64,000 nucleotides of DNA from an uncultured Verrucomicrobiae bacterium (GTDB lineage Bacteria; Verrucomicrobiota; Verrucomicrobiia; Chthoniobacterales; JAATET01). Where the stretch lies: assembly GCA_963719495.1 (NCBI GenBank), contig CAVRCI010000001.1, positions 32,001 to 96,000 on the forward strand, in the 5' to 3' direction. Positions 8,591 through 18,350 of the stretch are shown piece by piece. The translations under genes were made by a program, and so were the position numbers. The notes beneath the pieces were generated by a model. The model was not told where the DNA came from and did not search any database. It worked only from the letters and a program-made list of their open reading frames with translations. How positions within the stretch are numbered: position 1 is the stretch's first letter; each line of letters begins with the position of its first letter.

Positions 8591-10006
8591 TTATCCAACC
8601 GACCCTTCCATCTCGAGGTCGATCAACCGCTTCAGCTCGACGCTGTATTCCATCGGGAACTGCCGGACGAGGTCATTGACGAATCCATTCACCGCGAGGC
8701 TCATCGCCTGCGCTTCGGTAAGACCGCGCTGCTGCATGTAGAAGATCTGCTCGGAGCTGATCTGACTCACGCTGGCCTCGTGCTGGCAGGCGTTCTGCTG
8801 ACCGCGAGCCACGATGGCGGGATACGTGTCGGTGCGGCTCTTCGAATTGATGAGCAACGCGTCGCACTCGGTGTTGTTCTTGCAACCCTTGAGGTGCTTC
8901 GGCAGGTGAACCATGCCGCGATAGGTCGCGCGGCCTTTACCGACGCTGATCGATTTCGAGACGATGTTCGACGTCGTGTCGTCGGCGGCGTGGACCATTT
9001 TCGCTCCGGTGTCCTGGTGCTGGCCGTCGCCGGCGAGCGCGATGCTGATCACTTCGCCGCGGGCGCGTTTGCCCTTCATCACAACGCCGGGGTATTTCAT
9101 GGTCAGGCGTGAGCCGATGTTGCAATCGATCCACTTGACCTCGGCGTCCTCGTGGGCAATTCCGCGCTTGGTCACGAGATTGAAGACGTTCGAACTCCAG
9201 TTCTGAACCGTGACGTATTGGATCTTCGCGCCCTTGAGCGCGACCAACTCGACGACGGCGCTGTGCAGCGTGGCGGTCTCGAACTTCGGAGCCGTGCAGC
9301 CTTCCATATACATGACCTCACTGCCCTCGTCGGCGATGATGAGGGTGCGCTCGAATTGGCCGAAGCTCTGCGCGTTGATTCGGAAGTAGGCCTGTAGCGG
9401 ATGCTTCACCTTCACGCCGGGCGGCACGTAGATGAAAGAACCGCCGCTGAAGACGGCGCTATTCAGCGCGCTGAACTTGTTGTCACCGGTCGGAATCACC
9501 TTCCCGAACCACTTGCGGAAAATCTCCGGGTGTTTGTGCAAACCCTCGGTGCTCCCGACAAAAATCACGCCCTGCTCGCCGACCGCGGCCTTGATGTTCG
9601 AATAAGCCGCTTCGCTGTCGAACTGCGCTTCGACACCAGCGAGAAACTTCCGCTCCTGCTCGGGGATACCCAGCCGCTCGAAAGTCTGCTTCATCTCCTC
9701 GGGCACGTCGTCCCAGGTCCGGCTCGGCACCTGACCCTGCGACAGGTAGTAGCGGATCTTCTCGAAGATGATGTTCTCCAGGTCCTTCGAGGCCCAGTGC
9801 GTCGGCATCGGCTTCTCGAGGAACTTTTTGTACGCGTTCAGCCGGAACTCGCGGATCCACTCCGGATCCTTCTTCACGTCGGCGATGTATTTGACGGTAT
9901 CCTCCGACAGCCCCACGCCCGCATCGTAGGCGTAGTCCATGTCGTAGCTAAAATTTCCGATGTCCTGGTTGACGTCGAAGTCGGGTTTAGTTTCCACAGC
10001 AGTCAT
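8591..10006 (-). CDS. sufB: Fe-S cluster assembly protein SufB
   Basis: [41 protein letters not shown]. Confidence 0.97.
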   Translation of the reverse strand: MTAVETKPDFDVNQDIGNFSYDMDYAYDAGVGLSEDTVKYIADVKKDPEWIREFRLNAYKKFLEKPMPTHWASKDLENIIFEKIRYYLSQGQVPSRTWDDVPEEMKQTFERLGIPEQERKFLAGVEAQFDSEAAYSNIKAAVGEQGVIFVGSTEGLHKHPEIFRKWFGKVIPTGDNKFSALNSAVFSGGSFIYVPPGVKVKHPLQAYFRINAQSFGQFERTLIIADEGSEVMYMEGCTAPKFETATLHSAVVELVALKGAKIQYVTVQNWSSNVFNLVTKRGIAHEDAEVKWIDCNIGSRLTMKYPGVVMKGKRARGEVISIALAGDGQHQDTGAKMVHAADDTTSNIVSKSISVGKGRATYRGMVHLPKHLKGCKNNTECDALLINSKSRTDTYPAIVARGQQNACQHEASVSQISSEQIFYMQQRGLTEAQAMSLAVNGFVNDLVRQFPMEYSVELKRLIDLEMEGSVG

Positions 10007-10033
10007 AATATTTATTTCCTCTTTGATTGGGAC

Positions 10034-10792
10034 TTAGGCAGCCGCGGCGTCGGCGGTCACCCAGTCGTAACCCTCGGCTTCCAGTTTGAGCGCGAGATCC
10101 TTGTCGTCGCTCAGCACGATTCGACCGTCGACCATCACGTGGACGCGGTCCGGCACGATGTAGTTGAGCAAGCGCTGGTAATGGGTGATCACGAGCATGC
10201 CGCAATTTGGTCCACGCAGTGCGTTCACACCGTCCGAAACGATCTTCAGCGCGTCGATGTCGAGTCCGGAATCCGTCTCGTCAAGCACCGCATACTTCGG
10301 CTCGAGCATCGCCATCTGGAGGATTTCGCACCGCTTTTTCTCACCACCGGAGAATCCCTCGTTCACCGAACGCGAGGTGAAGGCGCGCGGGATGAGCAGC
10401 GCGTCCATTTTCTCGTAGAGTTTCCCGTAATAATCGGTCGCCTCGAGCTCCTCGCCCTCGGGCAAACGCGACTGAACGGCCGCGCGAATGAAATTCGCAA
10501 TCGTCACACCCGGAATCTCGTTCGGGTATTGAAACGCCAAAAACAATCCTGCCCGCGCTCGCGCGTCCGGCTCTTCCATTTCCAGGATATTTTCGCCGTC
10601 CATGTACACGGCCCCTTCGGTCACCGTGTAGTCGGGATGCCCCGCCATCACTTTCGCAAGAGTGCTCTTCCCACTGCCGTTCTTGCCCATGATCGCGTGA
10701 ACCTCACCCTTCGGAATCTCGAGATTAAGACCTTTGAGGATGGGGATGTCACCGATGGTGGCGTGGAGATTTTCGATTTTTAGACTGCTCAT
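10034..10792 (-). CDS. sufC: Fe-S cluster assembly ATPase SufC
   Basis: [40 protein letters not shown]. Confidence 0.97.
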   Translation of the reverse strand: MSSLKIENLHATIGDIPILKGLNLEIPKGEVHAIMGKNGSGKSTLAKVMAGHPDYTVTEGAVYMDGENILEMEEPDARARAGLFLAFQYPNEIPGVTIANFIRAAVQSRLPEGEELEATDYYGKLYEKMDALLIPRAFTSRSVNEGFSGGEKKRCEILQMAMLEPKYAVLDETDSGLDIDALKIVSDGVNALRGPNCGMLVITHYQRLLNYIVPDRVHVMVDGRIVLSDDKDLALKLEAEGYDWVTADAAAA

Positions 10793-10804
10793 ATAAAAAA
10801 TTGG

Positions 10805-11233
10805 TTACTTGGAATTGCAGGGTGCGCAGACGCCTCGGAGCGACACTTCGTGCGCGGTGACCGTGAAGCCATTCGGCAGATCCCAGGTCCGCCCGACCGT
10901 CCGTCCGGACACCAGGTCGACGTCGAAAACGGTGTGGCATTTATCGCAAACGAAATGGCCATGCTCCTCGAGATTCGGACAAAACCGCGTGGGCTCCCGG
11001 TCGACGTGCACCTGCTTGACGAGACCGCACCCCACGAGCGTCTCGAGCGAGTTGTAAACCGTCGCCAGCGAGATCGTCGGCATCCCCTCCTTCGCCCGCA
11101 TGAACACCTCCGTCGCCGTCGGGTGATCGCGCTTGCTCAGGAGCAAATCATACACGTGTCGCCGCTGCGGCGTGTCGCGCAAACCCACGTTTCCGATGGT
11201 TTGGGCGTAGCGGGTATCGACTGCGAGCTTCAC
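10805..11233 (-). CDS. Fur-family transcriptional repressor (PerR-like)
   Basis: TPQR, HPTA, SLATVYN, HGHFVCDKC and CAPC Zn site; leads the suf operon. Confidence 0.9.
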   Translation of the reverse strand: MKLAVDTRYAQTIGNVGLRDTPQRRHVYDLLLSKRDHPTATEVFMRAKEGMPTISLATVYNSLETLVGCGLVKQVHVDREPTRFCPNLEEHGHFVCDKCHTVFDVDLVSGRTVGRTWDLPNGFTVTAHEVSLRGVCAPCNSK

Positions 11234-11263
11234 GACAGAAACCTGCCACAGGCGCGAATTGGA

Positions 11264-11280
11264 TCAAGAACTATTCTAAA
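11264..11280 (-). promoter_or_regulatory. Putative Fur/PerR/Irr-type operator
   Basis: TTTAGAATAGTTCTTGA on the minus strand, near-palindromic, ~30 bp upstream of the regulator start. Confidence 0.55.
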
Positions 11281-11349
11281 TAACAGAGTCGAAAGGTCGG
11301 AATGTCGAAAGGTCCAGAGACTAAACGCCCCAGCGATTCAAATCCGGCT

Positions 11350-11397
11350 TTCCGACCTTCCGACCTTCCGACCTTCCGACCTTCCGACCTTCAGACC
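11350..11397. repeat. Octamer tandem repeat (TTCCGACC)x5 + TTCAGACC
   Basis: Direct reading; related tracts near 34204-34229 and 56263-56290. Confidence 0.9.
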
Positions 11398-11398
11398 C

Positions 11399-13114
11399 TC
11401 ACTTGAACACCGCGTCCACGCCCATCGCGCTTTTCCGCATGAACTCCGGCATCGCCCGCTGGTGCCGCACCCGGAAGAGCCAGTAGATCCACGCCAGCAC
11501 CCGCAGCGTGAACAGCCGGTCGAACACCGTCCGATACTCCGGCCGGTTCCGGATCACCAACCGCGACACCCACGCGATCGTCCGCCGCTTCACGTGCGTC
11601 GGCTGGAACGACGTCTTCACCCGATAGCGGTGACGCACCTTCCGTGGCCATCGCTTTTTGTAGGCGCGCTTCGTCGCCTCGATTTCATCCGCCAGCTCGG
11701 GCTCGAAGGGCAGCAAGTAATATCGCCGCGCCAGCAGCAGAATCCGGAACGTGTCCCGCATGAACCGAATGTCCTCCACCGGCAGCCCCGCCTCCTCCGC
11801 GGCAGCCTCCATCCGCTCGAAATTTCCAAACGCCGCCTCGCCCTCCCGGATCGCCCGCTCCGGATCGTGCACGAAGTGCGCGAGCACCTTCCTCGCCGCG
11901 TCGTTCACGAAGATCGTGTCCCAGTAAACCTGTAGCAGCGGCGGGATCCGCACTCTCCGGAAATACAGCCGCTGACGCGCGTATTCCTGCACGTAGAGCA
12001 ACTCCCGCACGACCTCGTCCGACCGCCGCAGCAGCTCCAAAGCCGCCCCCGCCCGTTCCGGCCCGACGAACCGCTCGACGATCGCCTCGACCGACCGCCC
12101 CTCCTTCACCACCCCGATCGCCGCCGCCACGTTCAGCTCGATCCACACCGCGTCGTCGTCCAGAAACGCCAGCCGCCGGAACCCGTGCCAACCCCCGGTC
12201 TGGCACCACACCGAAAGCCCGATCACCCCCGAAGCCGCCGCCAATTCCTTCGCGTAATGCTCGCATTCCCACCCGATGAACGACGGATACTCCCCCGCGC
12301 CCTCGTATTCCCGCCGCGCCTGGAACTCGATGATCTTTGGCAAATCGATCCGGAAAAACTGCCGGTTGAGCGAAAGGTAACGGAAGAAATCCGACTCCCC
12401 GTATTTCATCGAAACCACGAACGCCTTCGAGTCGATCCCTTCCACCGCCTGCGACAACCTCAGCGGATTCCAAATGAGATCCCCAATGAGATGCGCCCCC
12501 ACCGTCCACGTCCGCAGAATGAGCCGCCGCCCCGCCGCCTCGAAGACCGGCAGCACGTCCCGCAACAGACGGTTCACCGCCGGTGCCGACCGCAGCATCA
12601 GCCGACTCCGCAGCCGCCCCTCGACGTCCACCCCATCGCTCTCCCCAATCCGCAGAATCACCCCATCCACCTCCGGAAAATCCGCCAGAAACCGCCCCAT
12701 CAGCGTCGCATACCACTCCCGAGCCGCACTCTGCGACCGCCCCAGCCGCGCGTCCACCGCCGCCGTCGTCGTCAGATAATCCGACGTCAGATAAATCCCC
12801 AGCCCCAGCTCTTTCAGGTCAGAAAACAGGACGCGAAACCGCTCGCGCATCCCCGCGATCTCCCCCCGCACTTCGTCCTCATACCACTCGTGATCCGCCA
12901 GGTGCGCCACGTCGTCGAGCGTCACCGCCGTGAATCCCATCGCCCGCACCCTCCGCCCAAAGACGCCCACCTCCTCGCGAATCGCCGCCCACTGCGCGTC
13001 CGCCTCCGCCCCGCTCATCGCCAGATGATCGAACGGGATCTTCGACCAATTGATCCGCCGCTTCCGGTAACCCCGAAAAAACGGCCCAATCGCATCGATG
13101 AGCGCTAACTCCAT
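11399..13114 (-). CDS. Hypothetical protein, possible glycoside hydrolase-like TIM barrel
   Basis: Long ORF with genome-typical codon use; VDGVILRIGESDG, EFQARREYEG; start ATG 13114. Confidence 0.65.
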   Translation of the reverse strand: MELALIDAIGPFFRGYRKRRINWSKIPFDHLAMSGAEADAQWAAIREEVGVFGRRVRAMGFTAVTLDDVAHLADHEWYEDEVRGEIAGMRERFRVLFSDLKELGLGIYLTSDYLTTTAAVDARLGRSQSAAREWYATLMGRFLADFPEVDGVILRIGESDGVDVEGRLRSRLMLRSAPAVNRLLRDVLPVFEAAGRRLILRTWTVGAHLIGDLIWNPLRLSQAVEGIDSKAFVVSMKYGESDFFRYLSLNRQFFRIDLPKIIEFQARREYEGAGEYPSFIGWECEHYAKELAAASGVIGLSVWCQTGGWHGFRRLAFLDDDAVWIELNVAAAIGVVKEGRSVEAIVERFVGPERAGAALELLRRSDEVVRELLYVQEYARQRLYFRRVRIPPLLQVYWDTIFVNDAARKVLAHFVHDPERAIREGEAAFGNFERMEAAAEEAGLPVEDIRFMRDTFRILLLARRYYLLPFEPELADEIEATKRAYKKRWPRKVRHRYRVKTSFQPTHVKRRTIAWVSRLVIRNRPEYRTVFDRLFTLRVLAWIYWLFRVRHQRAMPEFMRKSAMGVDAVFK

Positions 13115-13348
13115 GGAACGCGGGAAAAATTCACCATCGAGCGCATGAAGAGCACATCGACCGAAAATTCTCAACCCCGCGAATGTGCCGATTCCGACCC
13201 AACGCTCACCGATCAAGGAGCGGCGATTTGCAATCGCCGAACCCTAAAAGCTCTTCAAACCGACACCTCATCCACTCCACCCGCGCCAGAAATCACCCGC
13301 CCGACGACCAACCTAGCCACCACCACCGATTGTCCCTAAACTCTTCCC

Positions 13349-13771
13349 ATGAAACTTATCGCGCCGCTCCTCGCCATCGCCATCTCCGCCACCCTCGCGT
13401 CCTGCACCTCTGGCGGCGGAGGCCTCGGCGGACTCGGGGTCCCCGGCTTCGGCGAATCCCGCTCGACCCGGCAATATTACGACGACCGCAACGACCGCCG
13501 CCGCGACGATGATTACTACGACGACCGCCGCGACGACCGAGAGGACCGACGCGACGACTACGAAGACCAGCGCCGCCAGGAGGAAGCCGACCGCCAACGC
13601 GAACAGGACCAACGCGCCCGCAATCTGAACCAACGCTCACAGAATCAACGCGAGACCGCCGAAGAGCAGCAGCGCATCGCCGACCAGCAGCGCGAACGTT
13701 CCGAGAACCTCCGAGATCGCCGCCAGGAACTCAAAAAAGACAAGAAGAAGGACAAAAAGAAAACCAACTAA
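13349..13771 (+). CDS. Hypothetical lipoprotein, low-complexity charged
   Basis: Lipobox LASC; D/R/E/Q-rich body, K-rich tail. Confidence 0.7.
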   Translation: MKLIAPLLAIAISATLASCTSGGGGLGGLGVPGFGESRSTRQYYDDRNDRRRDDDYYDDRRDDREDRRDDYEDQRRQEEADRQREQDQRARNLNQRSQNQRETAEEQQRIADQQRERSENLRDRRQELKKDKKKDKKKTN

Positions 13772-13826
13772 CCCACTATTTCAAGGAGCGGAGGCTTCCA
13801 GCCGCCGAAGTTCCCCGACTCGAACC

Positions 13827-15098
13827 ATGCACCCAAAACTCCCCGCCCTCCTCCTCGCCGCCGCCGCCACGTCCGCCCTCGCCCTCCCCGGTCAGGGCCC
13901 CGCTGGCGACTACACCTCCGCCAAGCCTGGCCAAGAATACCGCATCACCGCCGACTCCCTCCCCCAGCCGTTCGCGACGGAATCCGTTCGCAACAAAAGC
14001 GAAACCGTCGACCGCCCCGACGGCGCGATGCCCGAAGTCCCCGCCGACTTCCAAATCGAAGAATGGGTCGCCGACGGCCTCGACAACCCGCGTTACCTCC
14101 TCACCGCGCCCAACGGCGATATCTTCGTCACCGAGAGCAAACCGGGCCGCATCCGCGTCCTCCGCGACACCACCGGCGACGGCAAACCCGACGTCAACAC
14201 CGTCTTTGCCAAAGGCCTCGACCGCCCCTTCGGCCTCGCCTTCCACCCCGCCGATAATCCGGAATACCTCTACGTCGCCAACACCGGCGACGTCGTCCGG
14301 TTCCCCTACGCCGACGGCGACACCAAGGCGTCCGGCAAACCCGAGACCATCACCGAACTCTCCGAAGGCGGCCACCTCACCGGAGGCGGCCATTGGACCC
14401 GCGACATCTGTTTTTCGAAAGATGGCGGTAAACTCTTCGTCTCCGTCGGCTCGAAGACCAACGTCGACGAGGAAGACCTCGACATCGAAGAACACCGCGC
14501 CCGCATCTTCGTCATGAACCCCGACGGCTCGAAAAAAGGCGTCTACGCCACCGGCATTCGGAATCCCGTCGGCATCGCCGTCGATCCGGTCACCGGCGAC
14601 CTTTGGACCTCCGTCAACGAGCGCGACGGCCTCGGCAACAATCTCGTCCCCGACTACATCACCAGCGTGAAGCCCGGCGCCTTCTACGGCTGGCCGTATT
14701 TCTACATCGGCCCCAACCCCGACCCCCGCCACGAAGACGACCCCCACGCCGACCTCGCCGACACCGTTACCATCCCCGACGTCCTCGTCCAATCCCACTC
14801 CGCCAGCCTCAACCTCGTCTTCTACACCGGCGACCAATTCCCCGCCGAATACCACAACGACATCTTCGCCGCCTTTCACGGTTCGTGGAACCGCGAGCCC
14901 CGCACCGGTTACAAGATCGTCCGCGTCCCGCTGAAAGACGGCAAATCCAACGGCACCTACGAAGACTTCGTCACCGGATTCACCACCGACGAGGGCAAAG
15001 TCTGGGGTCGGCCCGTCGGCCTCACGGTCGCCAAAGATGGGGCCCTCCTCATGAGCGAAGACGCCCACAACACCATCTGGCGCATCACCAAAAAATAG
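13827..15098 (+). CDS. PQQ-dependent sugar dehydrogenase (sorbosone dehydrogenase family)
   Basis: Signal peptide; GIRNPVG, VNERDGLG, YGWPY, HGSWNR, GRPVG. Confidence 0.9.
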   Translation: MHPKLPALLLAAAATSALALPGQGPAGDYTSAKPGQEYRITADSLPQPFATESVRNKSETVDRPDGAMPEVPADFQIEEWVADGLDNPRYLLTAPNGDIFVTESKPGRIRVLRDTTGDGKPDVNTVFAKGLDRPFGLAFHPADNPEYLYVANTGDVVRFPYADGDTKASGKPETITELSEGGHLTGGGHWTRDICFSKDGGKLFVSVGSKTNVDEEDLDIEEHRARIFVMNPDGSKKGVYATGIRNPVGIAVDPVTGDLWTSVNERDGLGNNLVPDYITSVKPGAFYGWPYFYIGPNPDPRHEDDPHADLADTVTIPDVLVQSHSASLNLVFYTGDQFPAEYHNDIFAAFHGSWNREPRTGYKIVRVPLKDGKSNGTYEDFVTGFTTDEGKVWGRPVGLTVAKDGALLMSEDAHNTIWRITKK

Positions 15099-15100
15099 CT

Positions 15101-15171
15101 GGGGAGCGCACGCGTCCCCGCGTGCAAGCCGCGGCGTCTCGCCGCGGCACCCGGCAATGCGAAGCGAGCCG
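15101..15171. repeat. REP-like composite family A (GGGGAGCGCACGCGTCCCCGCGTGC...)
   Basis: Further copies at 19886-19964, 36616-36696, 61241-61319, all just downstream of stop codons. Confidence 0.85.
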
Positions 15172-16197
15172 ACCGTGTCCTACCGCCTAAACGTCACCGC
15201 CCCCCTCGACGACGAGTTCCGCCGCATCGCCCGAGAGCAGCTCGATCGCGCGATCCGCGAACTCCGGGATCTCCCACGAGCCGAGGCGATCCACCAGGCC
15301 CGAAAACGCTGCAAAAAGCTCCGCGCCCTCCTGCGCCTCTTCCGCCCTGTCCTCGGCGAGACCTACGGCAAAGCCAACGCCCACCTTCGCGACGCCGCCG
15401 GTGGAATGTCCGGGCAGCGGGACGCCACCGTCCTCGTCCAGACCCACCGCAACCTCTTCTTCGCCACCCGCGCAAAGATCGCGCGAAAATTTGGCGGCAT
15501 CCACGCCCATCTCGTCCACCGAAGGGACTCCATCACCCGTGGCCGCAAAGGCCCGTCGGCGAAGTCATTCCGCGGCGCGCTCCAAACCATCCGCGACGAC
15601 GTCGATCGCTGGAAACTGGACCCCGATTCCATCGAATCCGTCCTCGCGAGCGAGCGAAAGACCTACACCCGAGGTCGCAAAGCCATGGCCGCCGCCTTCG
15701 ACTCGCTCGACCCGGAAGCCCTCCATGAATGGCGCAAACGGGTCAAATATTACGGCCACCACACCCGTCTCCTTCGCGATCTTTGGCCAACCGTCATGAA
15801 AGCCCAAGCCAGCGAAATCGCCCGCCTCGGCGACATTCTCGGCGACGACCACGACCTCGCCGTCCTCCGCGACACCCTCCAGGCCGACCCCACCTTTGGC
15901 TCAGCCAAAACCCTGCAGCCATTCTTTAAGATCATCGAAGCCCGCCAAACCGAACTTCGCGACACCGCCCAAACCCTCGGCCACCGCGTCCACGCCGAGA
16001 AGCCCAAGCATCACACCAAACGCCTCCGAGCCCTCACCCAAATCGAGGGGAGCGCGGGCTTCCAGCCCGCCGTCGCGGGCATCCTGCCCGAGACTCGTAA
16101 CCAACCCGCCGAAGGCGGCACTTTCCCTCCCCCTACCCGCCCACCAACGAGCGCCCGTCCCCATCCCAATCAACCCCAAAAAACTCACCCACCGTAG
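15157..16197 (+). CDS. CHAD domain protein
   Basis: IHQARKRCKKLRALLRL, LHEWRKRVK, LGDDHDLAVL; true start may be GTG 15175; C-terminus runs into a REP. Confidence 0.88.
   Translation: MRSEPTVSYRLNVTAPLDDEFRRIAREQLDRAIRELRDLPRAEAIHQARKRCKKLRALLRLFRPVLGETYGKANAHLRDAAGGMSGQRDATVLVQTHRNLFFATRAKIARKFGGIHAHLVHRRDSITRGRKGPSAKSFRGALQTIRDDVDRWKLDPDSIESVLASERKTYTRGRKAMAAAFDSLDPEALHEWRKRVKYYGHHTRLLRDLWPTVMKAQASEIARLGDILGDDHDLAVLRDTLQADPTFGSAKTLQPFFKIIEARQTELRDTAQTLGHRVHAEKPKHHTKRLRALTQIEGSAGFQPAVAGILPETRNQPAEGGTFPPPTRPPTSARPHPNQPQKTHPP
16047..16130. repeat. REP-like family B (GGGGAGCGCGGGCTTCCAGCCCGCCGT...)
   Basis: Copies at 55437-55516 and 59123-59192; partial at 27122-27141 and 34131-34172. Confidence 0.85.
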
Positions 16198-17287
16198 CCG
16201 CCACGTCACCAAAAGAACCCCGCACCCCAACCGACCCACCGCGCCCCCCGCGCAGCACAAACACCGGCACCCGTTCCCGCGTGTGGTCCGTCCCCTGCCA
16301 GGTCGGATCATTCCCATGATCCGCCGTGATGATCACCAGATCATCCTCGGTCACCGCCTCCAAAAATCCCCCCAGCCACGCGTCGAATTCCTCCAGCGCC
16401 CCCGCGTAACCATCCACGTCCCGGCGGTGACCGAACAGCATGTCGAAATCCACCAGGTTCGCAAAAACCAATCCCGTCCCTAGGTCCCCCCAAACCCGCT
16501 CGATCGTTGCCATCCCCTCCGCGTTCGACCCCGTCGGGTGCGAAGCCGCCACCCCGCTCCCCGCGAAGATATCCGAGATCTTCCCGACCCCGATCACCGG
16601 CACCTCGGCGTCCGTCAATGCATTGAGAACCGTCCGAGGTGGCACCAGCGAGAAGTCGTGCCGATTCGCCGTGCGCCGCCACCCGCCGTCCGCGTCTCCC
16701 AGAAACGGCCGGGCGATCACCCGCCCAATCCGCCAGTCGTCGCTGACCCGCCGCGCGATCTCACAAATCCGGTAAAGCTCCGCCACCGGCAAAACCTCCT
16801 CGTGCGCCGCGATTTGCAGCACCGAATCCGCCGAAGTGTAAAGAATCGGCCGTCCCGTCGCGACGTGCTCCGCCCCAAGCTCCTCCAGGATCGCCGTCCC
16901 GCTCGCCGAGGAGTTCCCGATGAACGTCACCCCGGCCTCCGACTCGATGGCCCCGACCAACTCAGCCGGAAATCGCTCGAACGTCGCCATCGCCACCTCC
17001 GTCCGCACCCCCGCCAGCTCCCAGTGCCCCGTCGTCGTATCCTTCCCCGCCGAAGCCTCCGACAACACGCCCACCAGACTTCGCTCCGGTAATTCATCCG
17101 GCTGCCGCCCCGCCGCCATCGCCAGCGCCGCATCCAACCCAATCGACCGCAAATTCGGCACCCGCAGATTCGGCATCCGCTCCAAAATATTCCCCAGCGT
17201 ATTCGCCCCCGCGTCCCCGTAAGCCTCCGCGTCCGGCGCAAAACCGCACCCAACACTATCGAGCACCAAAACCAGCGCCCGCCTCAC
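16133..17287 (-). CDS. deoB: Phosphopentomutase
   Basis: LVLDSVG, GKDTTTGHWE, YTSADSVLQIAAHE, GRVIARPF, TADHGNDPT, DHTRE; GTG 17287 preferred. Confidence 0.95.
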   Translation of the reverse strand: MRRALVLVLDSVGCGFAPDAEAYGDAGANTLGNILERMPNLRVPNLRSIGLDAALAMAAGRQPDELPERSLVGVLSEASAGKDTTTGHWELAGVRTEVAMATFERFPAELVGAIESEAGVTFIGNSSASGTAILEELGAEHVATGRPILYTSADSVLQIAAHEEVLPVAELYRICEIARRVSDDWRIGRVIARPFLGDADGGWRRTANRHDFSLVPPRTVLNALTDAEVPVIGVGKISDIFAGSGVAASHPTGSNAEGMATIERVWGDLGTGLVFANLVDFDMLFGHRRDVDGYAGALEEFDAWLGGFLEAVTEDDLVIITADHGNDPTWQGTDHTRERVPVFVLRGGRGGSVGVRGSFGDVAATVGEFFGVDWDGDGRSLVGG

Positions 17288-17310
17288 CCCCGGGTCCCCC
17301 CGTCCCAACC

Positions 17311-17338
17311 TGTCATCTTGAACGAAGTGAAAGATCTC
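17311..17338. repeat. TGTC-tagged palindromic repeat family
   Basis: TGTCAT..GAACGAAGTGAA..ATC; related copies at 19978-20003 and 30123-30150. Confidence 0.6.
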
Positions 17339-17439
17339 TGACTCCTCACCAGAAAAACACCGCCACCCCAGCGTCCCGCCACCACCGCCCGTCCGCTCAC
17401 CAATTCACCATCAAAAATCGAAAATCGAGACTCGAAAAT

Positions 17440-18321
17440 TCAGAATCCCACCGGGTGCCAGGCCGTCTTCAGCTCGACGGTATCGAGGATCCAATACGGA
17501 CTCCCCTCGCCCGCCGCCCAATCCGCCGCCGATTTCCGATGATCCGCAAAGCGCTTCATGTTCACCGCCGACCCACCCTCGAGCGTCTTCGCCACCGCGT
17601 CGTCGTCGCACCCGTTCACCACCGCGTTCACGTCCATGTGACTCGCAAACTGCCCCGCCAACTCGCTCCGCAGCCCCGTCAGCAAATTCACCACGCCCCC
17701 CGGCACGTCGCTCGTCGCCAGCACCTCGGCGAAGGTCACCGCCGCCAGCGGCACCGTCTCCGAAGCCAGCGCGATCACGGCATTCCCGCTCGCAATCACC
17801 GGAGCGATCAATCCCACCAAGCCCAGCAGCGCCGGCTCGTCCGGACAAACCACCGCGACCACCCCGGTCGCCTCCGGCGTCGTAAAATTGAAGTGCGGCG
17901 TCGCCGTCGGGTTCACCGACGAAAAGACCGCACTGTATTTGTCCGTCCACCCCGCGTAGTGCACCAGCAGGTCGATCGCCGCCGCCACTTCCGCCTCCGC
18001 CGCACCCGGCTTCACGCCCGTCGCCCGCGTCAACTCCCGCTCAAGCTCCGCCCGCCGACTCTCCAGCACCTCCGCCGCCCGGTAAAGAATCTGACCCCGC
18101 AGATACGCGCTCACCCCCGACCACTTCTTCACCGCCCCACGAGCCGCGACCACCGAGTCCCGAAAATCCTTCCGCGAAGCCTGCGCGTAATTCGCCAGCA
18201 CCGTCTTCCCATCCGCCGCCAGCGCCGGGAGCACCCGGCCGCTCTCGCTCCGCGGAAACGCCCCGCCGATCGCCAATTTATACGTCTTTTCCACCGACAG
18301 CCGGGTCGAATTTGTTTTCAC
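17440..18321 (-). CDS. Short aldehyde dehydrogenase-family protein (Rossmann-only half subunit)
   Basis: KTYKLAIGGAFPRSESGR, YAGWTDK, PGGVVNLLTG, KTAWHPVG; ~293 aa with no catalytic domain visible. Confidence 0.85.
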   Translation of the reverse strand: MKTNSTRLSVEKTYKLAIGGAFPRSESGRVLPALAADGKTVLANYAQASRKDFRDSVVAARGAVKKWSGVSAYLRGQILYRAAEVLESRRAELERELTRATGVKPGAAEAEVAAAIDLLVHYAGWTDKYSAVFSSVNPTATPHFNFTTPEATGVVAVVCPDEPALLGLVGLIAPVIASGNAVIALASETVPLAAVTFAEVLATSDVPGGVVNLLTGLRSELAGQFASHMDVNAVVNGCDDDAVAKTLEGGSAVNMKRFADHRKSAADWAAGEGSPYWILDTVELKTAWHPVGF

Positions 18322-18350
18322 AGCCACAATGATCCGAAGATATTCCGCCA

